Of a stretch of DNA of 64,000 nucleotides, positions 1 through 10,729 are shown one piece after another (the first letter of the stretch is position 1; each line of letters begins with the position of its first letter). This DNA comes from Tubulanus polymorphus. Taxonomy: Eukaryota; Animalia; Nemertea. The stretch covers positions 2,566,175 to 2,630,174 of the forward strand of contig NC_134032.1 of NCBI RefSeq assembly GCF_964204645.1, given 5' to 3'. The position numbers and the translations under genes were made by a program. The notes under the pieces are model-generated. The model was not told where the DNA came from. It did not search any database and saw only the letters and a list, made by a program, of their open reading frames with translations.

Positions 1-321
1 TCAAATGAGCTGAGGACTCAAATCCTCCTATCAAAATTACTAATCTTGAATGAACGTTTTAAAATGCGTCCTGAAATCTGGTAAAGCAAATACTAACACC
101 AAAACGGAACGTTCTTAGTTTTGCCGCGCCTAAACTGACTTTTTAAGAAAGATTCGGCGTTTTCTTTTGTTTTAGCGAGCGTTCTGGTGTCCCCATATGC
201 ATAGCAGGAATTGTGGAATTGTACACGATTGTACTGATCAGCCACACCGTACAAACCACTAGTTCACTGAACCGCATTTATAACATCTCAAACTGACGCG
301 CGGTATATGTTCTTATTTCAG

Positions 322-904
322 CTGATGAAGTCGTGCGACCAAATCTGCGCAAACTTTGTTATTTCTTCGATTTTGAGAAAGTTGATACCGAACGTGGAAT
401 CGTGTAGGAGAGGGAGCCAATATGACGGCGTATGATCATGAAAAAGGGAACAACGTGAAACTCACACTGATCGAAGGTGTTAATAACAGCCAAGCTGTAA
501 ACTCGACGATTAAGTATCTGAAATTGTATTTTGGAGACAGAGAGAAACCTATCAAGATAAAAAGCTACTCGATTTCTCTATTAGTCGGTGGAATTGGTGC
601 CGGATCGGTTTACATGAAGAAATACTTGCTGTTGTATCACAACGGACGTAAAGTTGAGTGTGGGAAATATCCGGAGAAAAAGATACTGGAGTATCGAATC
701 GATGGTAGTTTATTCGGCAAGGGGAAATGGGTTTCATTGAGATGCAAAAACGGCGATTTGTACGTTAACGACGCGCGCAGGTCAATCCATCAAATTGTTA
801 AGGCGCCGATATACCAAACGAAGGTTGGTTATCCAATTTTCCGCCATTTGTCACATACCAATTATGGCACTGTGGATAACCTCACATTGAAAGTTTGGTA
901 TTAA
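322..904 (+). pseudogene. Terminal exon of a paralog of the PAN/LamG-like secreted protein gene (see 23036-24934), frameshifted
   Basis: Acceptor ttcttatttcag ends at 321. The translation aligns throughout with 24348-24934. A 1-bp deletion (gtgtaggag vs gtgtacggag) creates TAG at 405-407. Upstream exons would lie left of the window. Confidence 0.8.
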
Positions 905-949
905 CGAACGCGAAGTAAAAAAAGAACATCAAAAAGCACTTCAGAACTA

Positions 950-1145
950 ATGTATTATAATTATGATTATAATTATATTTATTATAATAAGTGTAATTAT
1001 TATCAATTTTATTAATATTATTAATTACTATTAATATTATTATCGATATTATCGATATTATTATATTATTATTATTATTATTATAATTATCATTATCATC
1101 TATATTACTATTATTATTACTGTTGCATGTATTATCATTGATATT
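950..1145. repeat. Degenerate (TTA)n low-complexity tract
   Basis: Directly visible tta/att repeats. Confidence 0.85.
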
Positions 1146-1362
1146 GATTTATCTTTGTAAGCGATAGTGTAGTTGGCATTGCCGAATTATGTAAAACGCG
1201 CGGTACGATTTCTGTGTGAGCATTTGTTTCGTTGGTTCTCGGCCTAACAAAAAAGAGATATAGAAATAAAAATTGGGGCATGGTTTATATCATATTATAT
1301 AATATGAAAAAAGACCGAAAATTGTCTTCAATATTTGAATCGACTACTAATTGTGTGTTTAA

Positions 1363-1580
1363 GGCTAAACAAAAATGATACCTTGTTTCTCCGCAGCAGC
1401 CGGGTCATTTTTGTAAAATTTGATAAAATTTGTAAACAGTTCATTTCTATAGCGGCCGGGTCTGTTATGGTAAAATTGATCACGATTTTAAAAAAGTAAT
1501 GTATAGGATAGATAGGCGGCCGGCCGGGTCAACATTTAAGCTCAGCAGAGCGGAGAAACAAGGTATCAATTTTTTTAGCC
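1363..1580. mobile_element. PIF/Harbinger-type MITE
   Basis: TIRs GGCTAAACAAAAATGATACCTTGTTTCTCCGC / GCGGAGAAACAAGGTATCAATTTTTTTAGCC, flanked by TAA on both sides (3-bp TWA target duplication). Confidence 0.85.
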
Positions 1581-1717
1581 TAATGTTTAGAATTTGCGGA
1601 TGACGGGTTCCGATTATTAAGTTGGTTCCTTGAGAAGAATAACGTTCACCTTTTCTAAATGTTACAATGTAAGAATAATTTTCTAAACGAATACGTTGTT
1701 ATTTACGCTGGTTTCAG

Positions 1718-2048
1718 AAGAGATATGATGGACCAACTACCGCCAACAGCTGCAGTAGTAGCACCAGCAGCAGCAACACCAGTTGTAGCAGTAGCGGTAG
1801 CAGCTATATCAGGAGGCGCAGCAGTAACAGCATCACCGTCAAATCTGGTCAAATCTCACTGTCATTTCAATAATAATTGTAATAGTTTGTAAATGACTTC
1901 TGGACCTTAGCATGTATTTATTTCGTATAGCAGCAGCAGCACTAGTAGTAGCACCAGCGGAGCTTTATCAGCAGCAGTAGCAGCAGCAGCAGCAACAGCT
2001 ATATTAGCAGGAGCAGTAACAGCAGTAGTAGCACCAGCAGCTATAGAT
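1718..2048 (+). pseudogene. Orphan Ser/Thr-rich linker exon(s) paralogous to exon 2 of the PAN/LamG-like gene
   Basis: tttcag acceptor followed by KRYDGPTTANSCSSSTSSS..., compared with RRDDGPTTTSSSPSSS at 23876. AGC/AGT repeats are expanded, with a second AGC-rich block from about 1930. Confidence 0.6.
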
Positions 2049-2912
2049 TATTGAATACAAATCAGGAGACTCAAATGGCAACTAACTTTCCGCCAAAAAA
2101 AACCTGGGGAGGAAACGCATGCATCTAATCATTCGTCCACCCGGCTACATTTATAACACCATCTCAATTATGATATTATATTTGTTTTCTTCGTCAACTT
2201 CAGCGAATTTACAGTAATTTACCATTTACTGCAACCATCGCAAACATCACTTTCAACTGTAGCTACATAAACTGCAGCGAAAAGCAAAGATACGATTCTA
2301 CTCCTCTCTAAATAAATTCAGGTTTTGAAATTCAGATTGTATGAGCTGCAAGAAAAAAAAATCAGCTTCAAACACTGGGATCCTCTAAATGCAGGACAAA
2401 AGCTTTTTGAATTCAGGTCTATAATACCCCCTTTGTTTAATTCAGTTACGTTTGGGCTGCAAGAAAAAACGTCAGCTTCAAACACTGGAATCCTCTTAAC
2501 GGCATCAAGGGCCATTTGTATTCAGTACTGTAATTCCCATTGTGTTCATTTCAGTAATGTTGTGGCTACAGGGTCCGAATGAAGGAACCAGAAATCTTTT
2601 TTTACAGAACAACGCCCCCTGATGAGATCAACACTTTTCGAACCTGAAGGCCTATTTTTTAATTCCAGCCAGTTACTGGATTCCAGACGATTTAGTTTTT
2701 TTAACTCAAGCAATCGGATTTCAGAAATTTGGACAATGCGAGCTGTGAAGATGTGTTGGACCAATCAGACTCAAACATCTTGCACCTTTCCACGGCAAAA
2801 TATTTGTAGATGCATTAAGGGAGTGATTGATTTTCTTATTCATATATAACATAATCATAATCAGAGAGGTGTCATTCAACAGATTCAACTGATAATTTCA
2901 TCAGACGAGATC

Positions 2913-3110
2913 ATGAACGCGATCAACATTTTACTGGTCGGTGTTTTCTGTTTCGTCGTCGCCGATGAGGTTTTCACAGAGTTCCGCTTTCAACAATTCA
3001 CTCGACTGCCAGAATGTTTGATAGGCGACAAACACAGCGAGAAAAACTCACAAAATTGGGCGAAAAAACCACGTGATCGCAAACAGAAATGTTCGTAGCG
3101 TCGTCGAGTT
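2913..3110 (+). pseudogene. Truncated exon 1 of another PAN/LamG-like paralog
   Basis: MNAINILLVGVFCFVVADEVFTE... is nearly identical to 23036. There is a 2-bp deletion near 3065, and homology ends about 3110. Upstream patches (about 2550-2600 and 2710-2790) match 22405-22460 and 22760-22842. Confidence 0.85.
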
Positions 3111-3289
3111 CGGAGCTGCTTTTAGCATTTTTGAGGCAAATGGGAGAGCTCACGGAGAGCCAACTGGAAAATCAATTGGCTGGATTTTAGCTTTTGTCTC
3201 CATTACTTTAAACAAGGGGCCAGCTAAAAACTGCTCAAGTAAAATAAAGTAAATTAGAGACTGAAAATTATTTTACAAATAAAACAATT

Positions 3290-4784
3290 TTAGAAAAATT
3301 AATGTTCTTTACAACGAAATTTGAAATGTTCTTTTAACATTTTAATAAACAAAATTAATAGAGAAAACAAAATTTGTTATTTTCTAGACGATTTCAATGT
3401 CAACTTACTGATGTCGGTTGCACATCATTCTACTGACGAATTTATTAATACTTTATTTGCAAATTCATTTCGTCCTTTAATTGACAAACCAACGAGAGTA
3501 ACAGCTTTATCAGCAACGCTTATTGATAACATATTCTGTAATCATTATCATTGTAATTTTTATTCTGTCATAGTATGCACGGATATATCCGATCATTTCC
3601 CAATTTTTGCTATAGGTTATGAGTCTGAACCTGTACTACCAGGGAAAACGGAAAACAAGCGAAACTTTAGTGAGCGCAATATAAATCATTTCCATAGACT
3701 ATTGCATACGGTTGACTGGTCATCAGTGTATAACAATTTGAACCCCGACTTAGCTTATAAATCCTTTTTGGATACATTTAAGGCACTGTATGATGAATCG
3801 TTTCCATTCGTGAATTTTAAAAATCCCACCGTAAATCAAAATAAACCTTGGCTATCAGCAAGACTAATTCAATTAAGCAGAAAAATCGTCTATATCGTAA
3901 ATTTTAAGAAATAATATCGAGGAGAAGAAAGAGAGATATGTCCATTATAAAAATTAAATAAGTTTTTAATACGTGCAGAAAAAGATTACTATGCAGAGAG
4001 GTAACTGGCAACAGGAAATAGTATGAAACAATCTTGGAAAATAATTAACAATATTCTGGACAAAACAAAAAAAAGATGAAGGACTACCTGATGCATTTGA
4101 AATCAACAACAATCGAGCAAAAATAGATGATAAATCTTTGATTGCTAATGAATTTAATAAATATTTTGTAAATATAGGATTAAATTTAGCCGAACAAATT
4201 CCTGATACAGGAAAAAAATTTCAGAGAATTCTTGAAAAATCCTCCTAGTGAAAACTTGTTCTTCTTTCCAACTACAACCAACGAGTTAATAAATATAGTA
4301 AATAAATTCAATGCTAATAAAGGGACGGGTATTGATGAAGTTAATATGAAAGTAAACAAGAGTGTAATAGATTTAATTAAGGATCCCCTATGTCATATCT
4401 TTAATCAAAGCCTACTAACTGGAATTATACCGGATGACCTAAAGATGGCAAAAGTTCGACCCCTCCACAAAAGCGGTGATACTATTTAATAATTATCGTC
4501 CAAAATCGATCTTTCCTTGTTTTTCAAAAATTTTAGAAAAAATTGTGTATTACCGAATAATCTCCTTTTTTGATTAATTTTCGATTATAAATCCAAATCA
4601 ATTTGGCTTCAGAAAAAATCACTCTACTGCTATGGCATTGATTAAAATAGTCAATGAAATTCTAGATAATTTGGATAATAAAAAAACAACAATTGGTGTC
4701 TATTTAGACCTATCTAAAGCATTTGACACTGTAAATCACAGCATTTTATTAGATAAACTAAATTTCCATGGGATAAAGGGATGG
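3290..4784 (+). mobile_element. CR1/L2-type LINE ORF2 fragment (APE endonuclease C-terminus to RT N-terminus), degenerate
   Basis: Motifs DFNVNLL, PTRVT..SATLIDNIF, DISDHFPIF, KPWL, LKMAKVRPLHKSG, QFGFRKNHST and YLDLSKAFDTVNH, broken by stops and frameshifts. Confidence 0.92.
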
Positions 4785-5034
4785 GCTACCCGCCCGACCA
4801 TCATGCTGGTCACCGTATCCGTCGTTTTTACGGCTACGACTTTCCCGTCGATGTTAATCTGGTTGCTAAACATGCTGGGAGTTCACGCGGTCGTGGACGA
4901 GAGAATGGTACAGGTCGCCTCGCGTCTACAAGCCCTTAAATACTGTCAATTTTTACGTATATCTCCTACTGGGTAAAGACATGCGCGCGTATTTTTGTCG
5001 ACATTTCAGTACATATTCAACAATTCGTCACTAA
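4785..5034 (+). pseudogene. 3-prime fragment (TM6-TM7-tail) of a family A GPCR, joined directly to the LINE fragment
   Basis: Near-identical to 16007-16257 and 10338-10588, with a 2-bp deletion in TM7. The downstream flank and minisatellite are shared with both copies. Confidence 0.9.
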
Positions 5035-5161
5035 TGTCGTTTACAATCAACATAAGACCGTAAATGCAGGTAGTGCATCCTATGGCCAAAGATACCACAG
5101 CGTTTAGCGCCATTCGTCACAATGGATTACACTATAACTTAAATATCGATAACCCAAAAAT

Positions 5162-5424
5162 TGTCAGTAAGATATAGAAAGCTGCTATAAGACTGTCAGT
5201 AAGATATATGCCCCAGAAAGCTGTTATAAGACTGTCAGTAAGATATATACCCCAGAAAGCTGCTATTAGACTGTGTCAGTAAGATCTTGGAGTAATCATT
5301 TGACAAATGATTACTCCAAGGTAAGATATATACCCCGGAGAGCTGTTATAAGACTGTGTCAGTAAGATATATACCCCAGAAAGCTGCTATTAGACTGTGT
5401 CAGTAAGATATATACCTCAGAAAG
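5162..5424 (+). repeat. 39-41 bp minisatellite (GTCAGTAAGATATATACCCCAGAAAGCTGCTATAAGACTGT), array 1
   Basis: About 6 head-to-tail units, no spacers. Confidence 0.95.
5286..5320. mobile_element. 35-bp perfect palindromic insertion with 7-bp target duplication (probable transposon footprint)
   Basis: CTTGGAGTAATCATTTG-A-CAAATGATTACTCCAAG, flanked by GTAAGAT at 5279-5285 and 5321-5327. Absent from all other minisatellite units. Confidence 0.75.
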
Positions 5425-6519
5425 TGTATCGGACAATGGATAAAATTGATATCCCGCAGACGAGGGGAATGCAAATATGTGATAAGTTAATATGAAAAGT
5501 TTGATATATTCTATCCAGGAATTGGACCAAAAGCATCCTCGTGTTTCCCGGTCGGATGATATATGGTTGGCTCAAGTAGGGTATTGCATAGTATAGTTCC
5601 TTCGCGTATGCTTACTGCGTTGTTCGGTTAATGTGTATCCCAAAGAAAGTTGTCATGTCGACACATTCATATCGCCAGCCATTAACATTCCATGTGTCAA
5701 CGTGTCGACGTATCTACCAACTAACAAATTAACTATTAACGATCTATTAACCTCATACACCAAACACACCACGTGACCAAACACATGATAAACCCCATAT
5801 TTAAAATTAAATTGCATTTCTATTTTTCTTTAGTCAATTCCAGTTCTCTGATATTAGTTTCAACACGGTTAAGCCTTCAAAATCACAGGAGATTCATTAT
5901 TTATTTTCAGCACTGTCAACGTGAGATGAGCCTCAAAAAAACCAAACGTGGGGACGGTGAAATATGGCATTGTTCACATTGCTACAGAACGACGTCGATA
6001 TGTGACGACTCTTTTTTTCAAAATCAAAAATGAAACTTTCGCAGCTGATGCTTATAGTTTACTATTTCGGTTTAGATTTACTTCTCTTGTTTGTTTGTGT
6101 TTTGTGGTCACCCGTCAACCAGTCAAACCACGATCCTTGTACATACATTGGCGACAACATTGCGACGTGACGTCCGTCGACCGTCAACCAGCGGATGATA
6201 TAGGTATATGCACTCTATCGTCTCTCATTTTTGTCACCACGATCCTTGTACATAAATTGGCGACAACATTGCATCGTGTCATCCGTCGGCCGTCCACTGT
6301 CGACCAGCGGGTGAGATATGCACTCTATTATCTCTCCAATGGGCCAACCAACAAATAACCAACAGTAGTCAACTGTCACTAGTCGTCGGTCAACCTGTAC
6401 ATGAACTGTTCCTTTGCCGCGCACTTATACCCAATTATCAATGTATTCATGCGCTAATGTATTAATGCGCTGATACATTAACCGTACAACTTATTAACTC
6501 TACGCCAAGGCACTATACT

Positions 6520-7166
6520 ATGCTATATTCGACTTGGGCCATATGGTTTTATAATCTCGCGGAGGAATGGTTTAGGTAAGTCAATTTTTGGTATTTAAGC
6601 TAACAACGCTTTTATCAAACTGCAGCTTGGTACGGAATATTTTTGTTTTTTCAAATGAAGTGCCCCTTCACCTAGATCGCAAACATTCCATTTGATATAA
6701 CTTCTCGCAACATCGTAGCGCTTGCATCAAGCTGTTCGGTATTATGTTGCCTAGTATTGTTACCTGATTCGATACATCGCGATCATGGAAATAAAGGTTT
6801 GAAGATAATTTTGTCTATTTCTGTAACTTTTGTCTTGGTTACTTGTCGTTCAATTAATGGCATTGATTTGATATTTTCAGCAATGCTGTCCTCCACAAAT
6901 GGAAACATACTTTCGTCGCATACGACAAAGACAACAGCGGATCGTTGGAGAAGGGAGAATTAGAAGGTTTTCTGGCAATCCTCGGTCAGATCGGCGAGCG
7001 CGAGCAAGAAATAAGGGAACAACTCTCCACATCTCTCCACTGGGCCAACATACAAACAACCAACAGTAGTCAACTGTCACTAGTCGTCGGTCAATCTGTA
7101 CATGAACTGTTCCTTTGCCGCGCACTTATACCCAATTATCAATGTATTCATGCGCCAATGTATTAA
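6520..7166 (+). pseudogene. EF-hand protein gene, copy 1 (exon 6520-6575; exon 2 from 6881, truncated about 7026)
   Basis: MLYSTWAIWFYNLAEEWF|gtaagt, then a ttttcag acceptor in matching phase. EF loop DKDNSGSLEKGE is present. The second EF hand is lost at the tandem duplication junction. Confidence 0.65.
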
Positions 7167-7220
7167 TGCGCTGATACATTAACCGCACAACTAATTAACT
7201 CTACGCCATGTTGCTATACT

Positions 7221-7871
7221 ATGCTCTATCCGACTTGGGCCATATGGTTTTATAATCTCGCTGAGGAATGGTTTAGATAAGTCAATTTTTAGTATTTAAG
7301 CTAACAACGCTTTTATCAAACTGCAGCTTGGTACGGAATATTTTTGTTTTTTCAAATGAAGTGCCCCTTCACCTAAATCGCAAACATTCCATTTGATATA
7401 ACATCTCGCAACATCGTAGTGCTTGCATCAAGCTGTTCGGTATTATGTTGTCTAGTGTTGTTACCTGATTCGATACATCGCGATCATGGAAATAAAAGTT
7501 TGAAGATAATTTTGTCTATTTTTTATAACTTTTGTCTTGGTTACTTGTCGTTCAATTCATGGCATTGATTTGACATTTTCAGCAATGCTGTCCTCCACAA
7601 ATGGAAACATACTTTCGTCGCATACGACAAAGACAACAGCGGATCGTTGGAGAACGGAGAATTAGAAGGTTTTCTGGCAATCCTCGGTCAGATCGGCGAG
7701 CGCGAGCAAGAAATAAGGGAAAAACTCGCCGAATGCGACACCGACGGAAAGGAGGGAATTTCATTCGAGGAACTCGAGAAATTTGTCAGATCTGAGATCA
7801 AAGAAATACTCGACACGAAAATGGACGATTTTCTCCAGCAGGCCATCGATGATCATCGCGAAGTCGTGTAA
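7221..7871 (+). CDS. Small two-EF-hand calcium-binding protein, copy 2 (complete exon 7583-7871; its own exon-1 donor is mutated)
   Basis: The exon encodes FVAYDKDNSGSLENGELEGFL and ECDTDGKEGISFEELEKFV. The acceptor at 7581-7582 is intact. The donor at 7277 reads ATAAGT instead of GTAAGT. This is an approximately 700-bp tandem duplicate of 6330-7030. Confidence 0.7.
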
Positions 7872-9451
7872 ATTCAATCGTCATGAAAACAATCAGCTGA
7901 TAGTAGATATTTGTTAGTAAAAGTTGAGATGAATTATACATTTTTAGCTATGTTTTCTGTTTCGCAGCCGAACTATTCGACTTTCGTCGAGTCGTCGAAA
8001 GTAGAGGCGGGAAATCAGATAGCCCGTAGGCAAATTCTGCAAGTATGTCGAGATGAAAAATGAAAAAGGCGCTTTAAATGGGGGGAAACGGAAAAAATAA
8101 TGATACCTTTTTCTATTATTTAATTATTATCCACGAAAAAACTCTGACCGCAGCCAAACATTTTAATTGAGCGAAAATTGTAGTTTATCATGATGGGAGG
8201 TATAGAAAAAAAGAAATTAAGGTCGACTTTTTCTGCACTTGTAACGGAACGGGGATAAATAAATAACCCCGGCAAAATATTCTTCCTCTGAAGTCCGGTT
8301 CCATGTCATTGGTAGCGTTCATAAAACCGAATTCAAATTGGCGTCCGCCACTGGGTCCGTCTCGGGTCCTTCCAGTGCCGGAAGGGAACTGGATAAGGGG
8401 ATGCGTGGTTTAACATCCACCCCGAGATAAGTAGATAAAAAGAAAGAAAATAACCACTAGAGAATATCCGTCATTATGATTCGACCATCAAGGACCGTCA
8501 TAAAGGGTAAGTAAATAAAGTGAGGCCTATCGCCGCCGGCTAACACCTCTTCCACTGTTGTCGCTCACACTTTCCGTGCCTCGAGTCACATGGCCAAAGT
8601 AACCACCCCCAACCCACTCAGGATAGAAGTCAGGGGATTTCTCACATCATCGCTCTATCGCATCCTCAGAGCGGCACAAAATTCTGTCTACCCCCCTGGG
8701 CCGAGTCACACAACATTCCAAGTGCCCACCGCACAAACTCGTCCCCCGCACAGTCTCATGGGATCGGCGAACAACTAGTCTGGACCTCAACCAAATATCT
8801 TCGTGCAACGTTGGCGACAAACGTCTCCCAAATCTACATACAACTGCGTCATCTAGTTCGAATCCTGTCATTGGGGCTTGCGTGGTGATGCAGATAAGAA
8901 AAAGCAATCCAGGATCTCGATACTACGTAAACAAACTATCGTATAGAATATAGTACGAAAAGGTGCGTGTCCTTATTTACTCGATGGACATCCCGACAAC
9001 ACTAGCAACCGTTATCGATATCAATAGGCATACTTGTAATATACACTTGAAAATAAACCTTCGCATACTGATTACTAATACGATACGTTGACTAAAAACG
9101 ATATAAAAGAAACGTAAGGCGTTCTCGAGCTCATCCTCAGGCTTCAGATCCGAAAGCTAGAATCTGGCTTGGAGCTTAAAGCTTAAACTGCGGTCCGATG
9201 ATAAGTTGGTAAGCTTGAACTGGTAAGCTGGTTGATAAGCTTGCACAGAGTCGATGTTGAAGCTGAAAAACTGGTTCAAGATTCGCAGACACAAGCTTCG
9301 GCGAGCTTGTCCCGGAGCTACGGCTAAAATCTTCGTTGAATTTTGGACATCTCGCATCGGCTTGAGGATGAGCTTGAGCAACGAAATAAAGTTCCGGGAC
9401 CCGGAGGTCCGGAGGAGCTCAGAGAGTAACACACGTACCAATAGTGAGCGG

Positions 9452-9530
9452 AGAACTGTCGAATCTCCGGCCGCGAGCCGTATTTATAGGCGATGCAGTG
9501 ACGTCACAATCAGCTTGGGATGCTGATTGG
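9452..9530 (-). promoter_or_regulatory. Candidate Pol II core promoter on the minus strand (CCAAT, CRE, TATA, Inr)
   Basis: Minus strand reads CCAATCAGC (9530-9522), TGACGTCA (9499-9506), TATAAATA (9488-9481) and ACAGTT with the A at 9457, 31 nt from the TATA start. Confidence 0.55.
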
Positions 9531-9615
9531 ACCAAGTCAAACCGGTTCGTTTTCATTAGGCGTTCGATTATACTTTCTCACATTGTTCGAGAGAAAAATC
9601 TGAATCCGAACGACG

Positions 9616-10588
9616 ATGAATTCTAGCAGCGATATCTCCGCGATCAGTCGACCTTACAACAGCTATATAATACTGATGTCCACGGTGAACGAGACGGGTC
9701 GCACGCGTCTGCTTTCGCTGGTATTGTTACCGATACTCTTCGCGTCGGGTGCGTTCGGGAACACGTGCACTTTGCTGATAGCCGGCAGCCGACAGTTCCG
9801 CGCTTTGTCCTGTTCGAATTATCTCATTATGTTGTCGGTTAGCGATATGCTCGTCTGCGTCGCTTTGGAGGCGATGCCGCTGTTGCATTTCTGGCTACGG
9901 GAACTAGGCTTCGGCGGCGTGCTTCTAAACAGCGCGGCCGCCTGCGCCGTCTATGAGGTCGTGTTCCTCGCGTCGTACTGTGACAGTTCCTGGCTCGTCG
10001 TCGCTATATCGCTCGAGCATCTGGCGGTCGTTTCGTTACCACTGTCGTCGCGCCTAATTTGCACGAGAACCTTCGCCCGAAGCGCCGTGGCTTGCGTCAC
10101 GGTCGGCTGCCACGGTCGGCTGCTTCGCCGTGTCGTCGGGCTTCTTCTTCAGCATGCGTTTTACGGTATCGCTGGGTTGTTACGCCGTACCGGGTCGGCA
10201 CGACGAATACATGACCGCCGTCGGAAGTCTATGCTACTTCGTGCCGCAGTTCCTGATCGCGGCGGCTAACACGGCCATCGTGGTTCTACTCTTCGCGCGT
10301 AAAGGCCCGTGCTCGACCGATAGGAAGTCGGCCACCTCTACCCGCACGACCGTCATGCTGGTCACCGTGTCCGTCGTTTTTACGGCTACGACTTTCCCGT
10401 CGATGTTAATCACGTTGCTGAACAAGCTCGGAGTTCATGTAATCGCAGACGAGAGAATGGTAGAGGTCGCCTCGCGTCTACAAGCCCTGAACTACTGTAT
10501 CGATTTCTACGTATATCTCCTACTGGGCAAAGACATGCGCGCGTATTTTTGTCGACATTTCTGTAAATGTTTAACAATTCGTCACTAA
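9616..10588 (+). pseudogene. Intronless class A GPCR, family A, frameshifted
   Basis: A tandem 13-bp duplication (cacggtcggctgc, 10098-10123) shifts the frame. Removing it gives 960 nt, the same as 15298-16257. ERL has become EHL. Confidence 0.93.
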
Positions 10589-10729
10589 TGTCGTTTAAAA
10601 TCAACATAAGACCGTAAATGCGGGTAGTGCATCCTATGGCCAAAAGATGTCTTTTTGTCCACGGTCGTTTAGCGCCATTCGTCACAATAGATTACACTAC
10701 AACTTTAAAATATCGACAACCCAGAAGTT

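Noticed and set aside
1659-1892. Ala/Val-rich 77-aa ORF
   Set aside because: Wrong frame of the Ser-rich linker exon. The same applies to ORF 23883-24110.
8590-8778. IEVRGFLTSSLYRIL resembles the C-terminal endonuclease end of R2-like retroelements
   Set aside because: A single short motif with no supporting RT sequence.
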